This document shows positions 27,739 to 42,004 of a stretch of 64,000 bases of DNA, piece after piece. The translations under genes and the position numbers were made by a program. The stretch comes from Adineta vaga (taxonomy: Eukaryota > Animalia > Rotifera), in the NCBI GenBank assembly GCA_021613535.1, contig CP075493.1:10106001-10170000 (forward strand), read 5' to 3'. Position 1 is the first letter of the stretch. The number at the start of each line of letters is the position of its first letter. Under the pieces are notes generated by a model. It searched no databases, was not told the origin of the DNA, and saw only the letters and a list, made by a program, of their open reading frames with translations.

Positions 27739-28734
27739 ATGTCAATATTTCGTTTAGTCAATCTTCCACAAGAAATCTTCTATTTAATTTTTCGATATCT
27801 TAGTAAAGAACAACTGGCTTATGCATTCTTTGGATTAAATGACAATTTAACATTAGCAGTGAAATATTTTATTGGACAAGAATTCAATTTAACAAGCATT
27901 GAAAATGAAAACAGTTTTCAATTTTCTTTAGAAACAATTTTACCATCAATTGGATTAAATCTTCGTTATTTATCCATCGGTCTTCCATATTCATTATCGA
28001 ATTATCTTGGATATATTCAACATTATTGTCCTAATTTAAATATTCTTAATATTCATTGTCAAACACAAAATGAAGATATTCGTCGTTATGCTACTTGTTT
28101 AATTCATGCTCAATTAATGTCTTTAACTATCATGTATAATAATCAAATCGTTGGTGAAGACACAAGTATGCGTTTAATCAATCGATATGATAATCGAGCA
28201 AATCAAATAATGCCATTGACAAATTCATTGATATTCAATTTAACATCATTAAATGATTTAATTTTATTGAAACGTTTTTCGGAAAGTAGTTTTTTATCAG
28301 ATGGTTTGTATATGATTGAATGTGTGGCAACTGGTCAATGGCTTGCCGATAGTAAAGATGATTTATGTGTTATGTCGAAAAAACTTCATCGTGATAGTAT
28401 TTTTTCTATAAAACAAATTGATATTGATCAATGTACTCGAGAATATGAATTATATAATGAAGGAACTCAACGTCGATTAACAGTTTTAATTCCGTATGAA
28501 GAAGAAGAAGAACGTTGGACATCATCTTCCATTCTTTCAACTCATCGTAAAGAATCTTCACGTTCATGTTCAAGTTTTACATTGGAAAAACTTGCCAATG
28601 ATGAAATCTTCTATATTCGACCATGTTATTCACATGCTAAACGTTTGCAGATATATGGAAAACGAATTATTGTATCACGATGTGAACATGAAAATGTGGC
28701 AAATCATTATTTTAAACTTCATCGAGTATCCTAG
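27739..28734 (+). CDS. Intronless F-box-like protein with a C-terminal beta-trefoil-like region
   Basis: N-terminal LVNLPQEIFYLIFRYL (F-box consensus), LRR-like LRYLSI...CPNLNILNI, three ~45-aa Y-x-[IL]...F-x-[IL] units at the C-terminus. Confidence 0.65.
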   Translation: MSIFRLVNLPQEIFYLIFRYLSKEQLAYAFFGLNDNLTLAVKYFIGQEFNLTSIENENSFQFSLETILPSIGLNLRYLSIGLPYSLSNYLGYIQHYCPNLNILNIHCQTQNEDIRRYATCLIHAQLMSLTIMYNNQIVGEDTSMRLINRYDNRANQIMPLTNSLIFNLTSLNDLILLKRFSESSFLSDGLYMIECVATGQWLADSKDDLCVMSKKLHRDSIFSIKQIDIDQCTREYELYNEGTQRRLTVLIPYEEEEERWTSSSILSTHRKESSRSCSSFTLEKLANDEIFYIRPCYSHAKRLQIYGKRIIVSRCEHENVANHYFKLHRVS

Positions 28735-28934
28735 AATTAGTTGATCATTTCAATAAGAATTTTGACTTTGAATATTCAATTTAATAAACATGTATATTTT
28801 TCGAAACTACAAATTCCTTTTTTTACTGTTAATACAAGACCTTATCTTAACAAGTAAACAAGATATTTTTATTTTGTAAAGACAAAAAAAGAAGAGATTC
28901 TTCAATAACAATATATTTTTTTCTGTTAATCTAA

Positions 28935-30382
28935 CTATTGCCATCCATTGTCGAGTGCTATATGATTATCATAAACGATAAATTCTCGTACTACTTTCAA
29001 TGGTGGAAAGGACTTCATTGTTAAATAGTTGATAATTGTTTCATTTCTTTCAAGTGCATTATATCGACCACAATCAAATAAACGCATAGTAATCATATAA
29101 TGATAATTATTATCATCTAAACATTTGAATGCATTCTGAGATAAATGTAAACGTTCACCACTATATTGACATATTTGTCGAAGTTGTTCGTAGTTTTTCA
29201 TTTTGTGATTATCTTTTAGTAAAACTTTGTAATGAAATTCGAAATAATTTGATTCATTATTCCAGAATAGTTCTTTCTCAAGATCTTTTTCTGGTACACC
29301 TTCATTTGATGCCAAAGATTCGATTTTTAATCGTATAATATTGAATTTTTCAAAATGTTTATGAACTTCTTCTTCAAGTTTGGGTACAATCTCTGGATAT
29401 TCTCCACCATGATATGATGAAGTCATTAATTGTTGAAGCTTACGTTTTTTATTCGTGCTTTCCAAATCAATAAGTAAAACTTTATATTTTGTATTTTCAC
29501 ATGTTTTTTTCAAATTTTCAATAACTTCTTCAGTATTATGTGTACAATCAATTGTAACATGTAATTCAAATGTACCTTTGATACGATTGGTTGGTATAAG
29601 TGTATTTAACTGGGATTTGTTTTCTGCACTTTTTTCATTAACAAATTTGAGTACACTAAAAAGAAGAAGGAGACGAAGAAAGTACAATATGAAGGCAAAG
29701 TCATTCATCATAATGTTATTTACCTTTCCCAGCTATCGGTAACACTCGAATCATCACGTATTTGTTTCATTTCATTCAGCACATGTGATACACGTTTAAA
29801 ATCATGAATTGATTTTGTTTCGATCAATTGTTTCGCAATATCCAAATAACGAAAACCATGAAATAAATTTTTGAATAAATATATTTTTCCTGCTTCACTA
29901 GTTTCGGCAGGTTCACCACTACGTATTGGATACAAAGTATAATCATCAAGATTATACATTTTAACAGAGATGTAATTTTCGTAGAATGCAACTGTTTTTA
30001 TTCGTGATGGATCATAATAGTTGTCAAGATAAATTTTTTGAAAATCAATTTCTTCTTTGATTTTAAATTCAGCTGGTAAAAATACACATTCAACAGCTAA
30101 TAAATAATTTTTCTGAAGAAGTGTTTCAAAATTTTCAACAGTATGAACACAAACATCATATTGATTCCATAATTTATGTAACTCAAAGTTATGGAAATAA
30201 TCAATTTCATCTTCAAATGTTAATGGAGTATTTTTCAATGTACGTCTAACAATGAGAAGATCACGATCAGATGTTGCTGAATTAGTGCCGTATACCCATG
30301 AACCATAGTTATATATGCAAACAACTTCATCTTCTTTTATATCAAGTTCACGTAAAATTGCAGGTATAACAGAGCGATTCAT
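28935..30382 (-). CDS. Pol-beta-superfamily nucleotidyltransferase fused to an uncharacterised ExH-repeat domain (2 exons, intron 29656-29723)
   Basis: YGSWVYGT...SDRD motif with a later Asp (YDVCV). Splice GAA AG|gtaaat...ttttag|T GTA joins the two ORFs in frame. Second domain has FELHVT, RLKIE, YFEFHYK, HLSQNA, REFIVYD...LDNGW. Confidence 0.8.
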
Positions 30383-31061
30383 TTGAAATAGGAAAGAAAT
30401 ATGTTATTAACGATTTTCATATAGAAATCTTTATTTTATATAGACTTGTGTCATCATATTTTACGTGCATTGTGCAATGCCTAGGTGTAAACGTATGATT
30501 CAATCAACTTTCGTAAATGTATGAGGCAACGCGTAGTAAGAACGGAAAAAACATAATGTTGACAGAATATCAACACCAATGACGGCATCTATAATTACTT
30601 TTTTCCGCTGTTTGTTTTTTTCAAATTAATATAACAGTTAGAGTGATCAAAGGAAACGAATCGAACTTTGAATTGGAATTTTTCCGTCTAGTTTTCATTT
30701 TCACGTCAAGCTAATAATCATATTTCCCGTAGAATTATGTGAGAAAATCTCATTTCGAACAGATGAAAGTATAATTTTCATAGTCATTTGCTAGAGACAT
30801 CTGCATTAAATAGAAATGAACAACAACATCAGAGTGATCAGACTCTTTATGATGGAGTGAAAAACATACAGACGGAGATACACACCTTTTACCATTGAAT
30901 ACTTTCTTAATCATATTACGTCTGTTTGAGAGAAGAGAAGAAAAGGAGGAGATACACAGTTCGCTATCTATGATAGATAAATAGGAATATCTTAATAGTA
31001 TAAATTACGATAAACAAATCTGTTTCTTTTTTATATTGAGATAAAATATATAAATTTCAAA

Positions 31062-33669
<2,608 letters not shown>

Positions 33670-34114
33670 ATAGAAAACAAATGTTGACTTCTGTATAAAT
33701 ACGATGTCTTAATTTAATTGCATTAAATAAATCTTTAATAAATAAACTCTAAGAACTCGAAATTCATTTATAGATGGTAAATCTAAACCAATAGATGTAT
33801 CGGTCTAGACATGTACGGAAAAACACAACAACTTGATTAATTCTATTCTGTACAGAGTTTTCTTGAAAGTAGGTACGTATATCTCTTGACATATGTTTTT
33901 ATTCAAATATATGTATAGTAGGAATCGTTTCTCTCGGGATCGAACTGTTTTTGAAATTAATCTTAACATGCACTTCATTACGCACATACGTCAATGTTAG
34001 AATGTGTTTAATACCTGGATTAATATATAATATATATTGCACGAAGAATTCTCATGAGAATTCAAAAAACTATTTAATTCAATAGATATTTGTTTTGTTT
34101 ACATTTCATGGAAA

Positions 34115-35804
34115 ATGTTTTCAAACATTGTCTACATTTTGTTGTTATCAAATGTCGTTTTAGTGACTAGTAACAATCATCAATATGTCATTAAATTTAA
34201 TGAAAATCTATTAACTAAATTACGATTACCAAACGATCGTTTATCATCTGCAATATCCTATCAAGATTTTGAGTTATTCAATGATTATCAATGTGCAATT
34301 GAATGTGTAAAAGATAAAAACATTTGTACTGCATATTCATTCGATAGTGCAAATAAAAAATGTTCATTATTCGATGATTCAACTTACAAAATCGATGATA
34401 ATGTCGCTGAATTGGTAAAGTATTGATATTATTCATTCATGTAAGTGTTTTATTCTTTTTTCAAATCTAGCGAGAAAAATTAACAACTAATGCATGTGAT
34501 AACGTGAAATGTAAATCTGATGCTGTTTGTATTGGTGAAATCGAACCTAGATGTATTTGTTTAAATGGAGCATCAACACCAGATGATTGTGATCGAATCG
34601 GTTCGATTTTTCTTGGATAAATTTTGCTTTATTTTGTTTCTCTTTCTTAGAAACTGGAATATGGGGTGATTTTGGTGATTGGTCTGGGTGCAGTTCTACA
34701 TGTGGAGAAGGTTATCAATATCGTAAACGACATTGTTTCTCAACACATGATAAAACAAAGATGATCTCGAGTGATACATGCACTGGTAAAGCTGTCGATA
34801 TTCAGCACTGTACAATTACAAAATGCCCAAGTAAATGAAAATCGTTCAAATTGAAAAGAAATCGAAGAACTTTTTTTTTCTAAAAGTCTATGGACAATGG
34901 ACACCGTGGACACCTTGTTCAAAATTTTGTGGTATTGGTGTTAAACAGCGTAATCGTTCATGTATACCAGCTGGATCGAATTGTGGAAATTATACCTATG
35001 AACAGCGAGCATGCGGAGAAGCAAATTGTCAACGTGTTGTTGGTATGATTTAATCATGTATTATATTGTAAATCTATCATCGATTTGTTCTCTTTCAAAT
35101 AGGTATCAAAGAAACAGAAGCGAAAAAATATCCAACTAAAGGTTATTTAGCTATTCGAGAAGGTGATATTTTATGTATTCCACAAAGTAGCAATGAAACA
35201 GCTAAATATATGGCTGATTTAGTAATAGCTCATAATAAATATCTATTTTCAAAATTATCTTTTCTTTTAATTCTTTAGGTTTGTAAAACAATCGGTTCGG
35301 ATCGTGGAGCTCAATATGGTAAGTAAATTCTTGTGAATAGTTAGTTATTTTTCCCTACTACTGATGATCTCATTTCTCAAGCTATTCTTACTTCTGTTGG
35401 AGCAAATTCAACATGTTATCCAGGCATTCTATGTGATGGCACTGAAACAAATTTTCATGAATGCAAATATGAACGATCATTAACAGCAACTAATACCAAT
35501 GATTTATTTGCAATTATTACTCGATGTATCAGTAAGATTCTTTCTTCTAGGCAAAATTCTATTCATATTACAAATAAAATCATATGTTTTAGTTGATGGT
35601 GGATTTTCTCCTTGGTCTGAATGGTCTACATGTACAAAATCATGTGATACGGGTGAACAAACTCGTTCTCGAACATGTACACAACCATCACCTTCAATTC
35701 TCGAATCTGAATTTCATTCACTTAATTCTTCATTAGTCGGTCGGAATTGTACAGGAGATTATACGCAAGTTAAAACTTGCAATGAACAAATATGTAAAAC
35801 ATAA
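34115..35804 (+). CDS. Secreted mosaic protein: signal peptide, PAN/Apple, EGF-like, TSP1 x2, SRCR-like, TSP1
   Basis: Hydrophobic N-terminus; CAIEC...CTAYSF...C (PAN); WSGCSSTCGEG, WTPCSKFCGIG and WSEWSTCTKSC (TSP1); CKTIG...CDGTETNFHEC (SRCR-like). Confidence 0.75.
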
Positions 35805-35854
35805 ACCGGTTCTTTTTTTTCTTCTTTATTTACAAAAATAAATCTCTGACATAT

Positions 35855-36848
35855 TTAACGAAAATATCCCTCTACTGTCCAAACACGATTATTAGTTGTA
35901 ATTCGTTTATGTCGATATATTGCAAATGAACCACGAAATGAAGCGTTAGTGGCAGCATATAAGATTGGAAATAGTACAGATTTCAATATGAGAATATAAT
36001 AAGTAATTTGTAATGTACGCTGAATTGTTTTTGTATTGAGAAACGTAATTAAAACTCGAACACTTATCCATGGTAAACAAAGACATAGAAATGCTAAACT
36101 TAAAATTAAAACATGCCGTGTCATTTTCTTCTGTTCTACATAATGTTTACGATCGATTGAGTCAAGTCCTCTTGGTCTTTGTTGACATAGATGATGGGCA
36201 AGTAGAATCATTCCTATGAAAATACATAAAAGTGGAAATGAATAAATAACACCAATTTCGGTATAAGCCATCCATGGTGGATGATAAATTGAAGTTGTAT
36301 ACGTTGTGCAATACGATGTAATATTTGTTGTTGATGAAGTCATTGTTAAAAGATAATTTGATGAATTGATCATAAATGGTATTCCGTAAAAAAGAAATGA
36401 AGCAATCCATGTTGTAATCAATAATATGATTATATAACGACGACGAATATTTTTCGATAATTGTTTTAAATCATATAAACGAACATATATCATAAATACA
36501 ATACTATAGATAGTACAAGCCAAAGCACATGATTCACCTATAGCTAATGCTGTACATAATCTTGATGTTAATGGATTTCCATAAGCACTAACAAAACGCA
36601 TTGGAAGAACAAAACTTCCAATAAATAGATCGATAAATGCTATACCTAAGATAAACATATTTGACCAATGTTTTCCATCTGCACGAACAATATATGTTAT
36701 AAATACACAAATCTAAAAGTTGATCTTAATAAGTCTGAAATATTCGATCGAATTCAAAACTTACATTTCCAATAATAATTGCAGCAATAAATGCTAATAA
36801 AGCAAGTTTTTCCGGTATGGATGATGAATCTTCGTATTCTACTGCCAT
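35855..36848 (-). CDS. Class A GPCR (2 exons)
   Basis: IIIGN TM1, IAFIDLFIG...LP TM2, CLPW TM6, FPILYA..N..FR TM7/helix 8; ATG at 36848. Confidence 0.8.
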
Positions 36849-37710
36849 TTTACTTTATCAATCACAAATAAAAGAAAGAGATTTTATATATATATATACA
36901 TAATGAAATTGGAAATGAAAATGCAAACTTCGTCAATCGTAATTGAAGTGGGCGAATATGTGACTTCCCTTTTAATTTACACTTTACTTATGCAAAGTGT
37001 TATATGAGCAAATAATTCAATACCATTAGAATTTAAATTGACGTCGTTTTTTTCTTCTCAACTGAATTTATATTGTCAATCAAAACTTTATAAATTATTC
37101 TTTGAAATTATATTTATTTGAAGAAGAAAAAATCGACGACATATTACAGTACGTTGTTTATTATTCATAGTGTCAATTAAATTCATATTATAAACATGTC
37201 AGAAGAAAAGGCGTCTATGAATTATTATTATCTTTATATTTATAATAGGTTGATTTTCAAACACTTTGACATTGTCGCTATGTTTGGGATAATTATTTAG
37301 TGACAATAAATTAATAACCTTTATGATTTTACTTTCAACAACTTGAACCAGAAATAAGAGGAAAACATATAATTTAATAGGTTTTAAAACTGATGACATT
37401 TAAATAAAGTTCGGCATTATAATTAAAAAAGAATAGAAAAGAAAATTGCTTAATGTATTTGTTTGCAAAATATCAATAAGGTGGACAGTTGCATCACCGA
37501 TAGTGAGTCTTGCATGTCGTTTGATTGTACTTTAGACAATCGACTCAATAATTGAAAGGCATGTGAATATCATTTGTGACCGAAAAATACGAAAAGAAAA
37601 GCTTACATATTATCTCAGTTGATTTATTATAGAATATCAGAACTAATTCATGCCGCATGCTTATATTTTCTTTCTTTTGTTATTTGTGATCGATCGTATA
37701 GTAAATTATT

Positions 37711-40700
37711 TTATTTCTTCACAGATTTAGATTGAGTCGTCGATTTTACAGCGCTCTTTTTCGTTCCAGATTTGACTCTTGCTGATGTTGAATTCACAGG
37801 CTAAAATATCAAGAGATGATATAGACAAAAATCAAGTACTCGCATACTAAAGAAGATAGTGGTCTTGAAGTGGATGCATTTAAGTTGTTGTCGTTTATAG
37901 TCAAACTTGTAACTGCTTGATTGAGTGCAGGAACTCTTCCCTTCTTATACAATACGGCATTACGATAAAGTATGCCAACAATTGATTGAGATATATAATG
38001 TAATCGCCCGTATTTCATTAGAAAATCAGGATACTTTTGTCCGTATTGCTCACGAATACTTTGAATACGTGATTTATCAATTGTATAACCAGTTTTGCCT
38101 GAATCAACTAAAACATAAATTAGACCAGATTAACAGACTGAAAATATCGAACTCTGTGCATTCGTTATCTAAAAAATCACTAAATTGAATATTCGATAAA
38201 ACTTAACATACTAGCTGATGCAAACATTCGAGCTAATTCAATAGCTAAACTTTGACAAGTACGTTGTCGATGTCCTTCACTATTTTGATCAACAACGACT
38301 GCATGTAAATTATAAACTTCGCCATAACTTGTTGCACCTAATGTTGAAAGATAATAATCAATAATATCTTCAGCTGAGATGGGTGTTGGATGTATAATCT
38401 TCTTGTCGGCTGCATAATCCAATGGAGGAACGGAATATTGAAGTTTAAATTCTGAACCCCAATAAACCTTTTTGTAAAAATAAAAAAGAATAAGTTAATA
38501 AAATAAATTAGTTATTTACAAAATATTTATCGCCATCCAAATCTGAGCCAGCAATTTTATGAAAATCAGGTCCTAACAGAATTCATCGATTTTAACCAAT
38601 ACAATCAATATATATTTTCTACTTACGATCTCCTTTCGTACTAAAAACAATAATATCATGTAAATCATACAATTCAGGTCGATCAACTGCATTTAATACC
38701 AACATATCACCAGCATACGGGCTGAAAAGAATGTAGCCTTTCATTAGAGTAAAAAGTTTGAAAGAAAATTACCAAGGATTTTTTGTCACAATGACTTGTC
38801 CTTCTACACATTTATATTGACGATTTGGTAATGATTTACCATTATGATCTAATACTTCGTAACGAATAAAACATGTTCCTGGTTTTAATATTGTTTCAAA
38901 TGCACAACCAAACATAAATCGACATTCATTTTCTGGTAAGGGAATTTTATTTTTTAATAAATGTCTAAAGACAAAGCCATCAGTATGACATGTATAAGTA
39001 ATCAGATCTTTACTCGGAATATATATAATTGGATGGAGCGTTCTGAAACCATTGTTCTTGTAGACGAAGAAATGTTTCATTTGGAACACCAAGATCTGAC
39101 ATAAGAAGAATGATTTGATTATTTAATCGTGTTGGTGCTAAATAAAAATGAAAAATAAACATATCTTATTTTCGTTGAAAATGAATAGATTCATCCTACT
39201 TGCTACACTATGCTCACAAATCTCTAAAGTCCAGTCGTTACATTCAAATTTTTTCATTGATGGTCGAATTTTAATGTAAAATTGTTCGTTGGTCGATTGA
39301 GGATCAATAATTAGAAGACCTTTACAACCTGCCATTCGAATTTGATAAGCAGATGACATTATCTTTGAAATACAAACAGAATGCTATACGAATTCATATG
39401 ATATTCGAACATACTGGAATATTTTCAGTGAAACGCTTGACTAAACCTTTCGAAATAAAGCCATTGCCATCAGTGAAACAAAATCCATTTCGTTCGATAT
39501 CATCGATACATCGAACACATATTTCTCCTTTCAGAACACGTTTGTTAAATTCTTGTTCGGTTTCACAATAAACCAATTTAATCTACAGATAGTTTTTAAA
39601 ACTTTTCTTCGATCTTATTATTTTAACTTACGCCCGTTGGAGAACTCTTACTAAACCATAGACCTAATCTTGCAGCATACGTTCCTAGATTGTCAATTTG
39701 ATTTAATTCACCTAGTTGTGATCGTTTTTGATGGACATCATTCAATGTTGATGTTTTCATAAACCAAAAAACATGTTCTTTAATCTGTGAATTGGATGAT
39801 CCAAATAAATGAAAACGATCTCGACCAATTTCAATACCAGCTCGAAATATCTGTCGAAAATTATCAGTATTATTATTGAGATATTGATTAGGAGGATCAG
39901 GTTTTAAGTAAACAAGACAAAAATTATCAGCACCACCAAATGATTCATGACGCATAGCACGATGGCCTATGGTTTCTTCTTTTGGCATTATACAGAGACG
40001 CGTTGGCGTTATATGAACAACACCAACACGAAACAATTTACTTTTGTTCTAAAGCAATAGAAGATTTGATGAAATATCGATATTTATTATTGATTTACTT
40101 TTATTGCGATTTTATTAAATTCATCTCGATTGAATATAGTTGTCAAATCGAACCAATGACATGCTTGAAGTTCACGAAAAGCTTGTAGTGCTAATTGATA
40201 GAAACGTTCTTCATTCTCTTCAGCTAAGTCAACTAGTGTGCTTTGAAGTTGATCATTCATGAGATACTTATCATCAAATACATATCCTAATGAATGAAGC
40301 ATTGCCATAGCATAACTAGTTCCACGAGTTGGATACCAATTAAATTCAATTTTATCCCATAATTTACGTACATTTTGTTCGATAGATATCTTTGTATACA
40401 AGATTTTACACCGATGTACATGTCGCAAATAATTGAGAAACTGATCAGCAACAGATTTAGGAGAAATACGTATAAGAATTTCACTACAAAGACTTATTGA
40501 TTTGATAAGTGGTTGATCACCATATAATCTAAATAGAGAGAGATGAACTGAATGTCTGTTACAAATGTTCAATTAAAATACTTTGAACTTTGCATATTAT
40601 CGATCATTTGTACTTCTTTAATCAACTTATTCATGTTTATTATGATCTCTGCACGAGTATCGTAGTCTATGACGAAGATATGTTTCTCAACATGACATAT

Positions 40701-41202
40701 AGATAAAGTGAAACAAATCGTCGTTGTCACAGTATTTTGACATTTTAGCTGCAGTGTATTTTGATCAGAAAGTGTCATTGTCCATTGAGGTGCTCCAATG
40801 TAGGATATGTCATGAATAAGAAACTTTGACGTTGAGAGTAGAGAGCCGAATGATACACGAATATCTTCGCCAATATTAGTGTTAAATTGTATAAATTTAT
40901 GTCTGCGATTGGATGGTAAATTGATTGAAAGCCAAATTTGTGGATTTTGATGAATTAACGAAGAGAATTTCAAATGGATGTCATTAGCCTGTGTTATTGA
41001 ACATGAAAAAGAAATCTCTTTTTTATTCTTAATATATCTTGTAGATAATCCAATAGATGATGAAATTGAATCAACTACATTAGCTGGTACATTATACAAT
41101 ATACAATCGATAGAATCTCTAAGTAAAACAAGAAATTAAAATTAAACGACGGAACCAGATTGGATCACCAATCCGCAAAATCACTTACTTTAATTTACTC
41201 AT
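37711..41202 (-). CDS. Eukaryotic RNAi RNA-dependent RNA polymerase (multi-exon)
   Basis: ITPTR, GSSNSQIKE, YAARLGLWFS, FTDGNGFIS, AYQIRMAGCKGLL, IRPSMKKF, VIVTKNPC, GSDLDGD (DLDGD at 38529-38543), AVDSGKTG, YPDFLMK. The introns I traced keep frame. Confidence 0.93.
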
Positions 41203-42004
41203 GCTTTGCCCGTCGTAAAAATATTGTGCTCTATGGATGTCAGACAACCATTGTTTCAAAAGCAAAATAGAGAAAGAACGAAACTACGTTTGACTTTTAC
41301 ACATGTATTTCTTTCTTTCTTTCCCTCACTTGTTGAGTTTCTTGATAAAAGAAAAATATTCAACGATAATGATTGCACAATCACTGGGAAATACTCAATA
41401 AATTCTTTGTTACAACTTTGCTAGTATTTAAAGAGTATCCATTACAACTCAATTGGTATCTGAAACATTCGGTCAGTTAGTATACACTACATGAATCACT
41501 TTTACAATCTCAAATCATAAAATTTATTTAACTTTTCAAATAACAGGTAAACTTTTGTTCATCCAATAGATATGTGTATTTTTTTTCTCATATAAATAAG
41601 TAAAATAAATCAAAGAACAAGCACAACTCAATAGAATATGAATATAACATAGATAATAAAGAAGAAACAACAACAGAAAAAAAAATACAAAAAAAAAGAA
41701 GTTAATTTTCTAATGATCATGATAACAATGATAGTATTCAAAACATTTGCATAAAATTCAAAATAAATCTAAAGTATGATTTTGTTCTTTTCGAAAATGT
41801 TCTCTTTGTTCACAAATAATGTATAGAGATTTCAATGTTCGACTAGGAAATTCTGTTAGAATAATAAATGATTAAAAGATATATGGAATGAAATTCGTAG
41901 CACACAGAAAATATGTTTAAAATGCAATAGAGAAGTAAAAAATGAAACAGAGAGTACACGAGTATCGAATGTGTGACTAAAAATTAAATCATTTCAATAA
42001 AATG

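Noticed and set aside
22416-30382. Bacterial contamination as the source of the DarT and NTase genes
   Set aside because: The genes are contiguous with intron-rich animal genes, look similarly AT-rich, and the NTase gene has a canonical spliceosomal intron. Read support is still needed to exclude mis-assembly.
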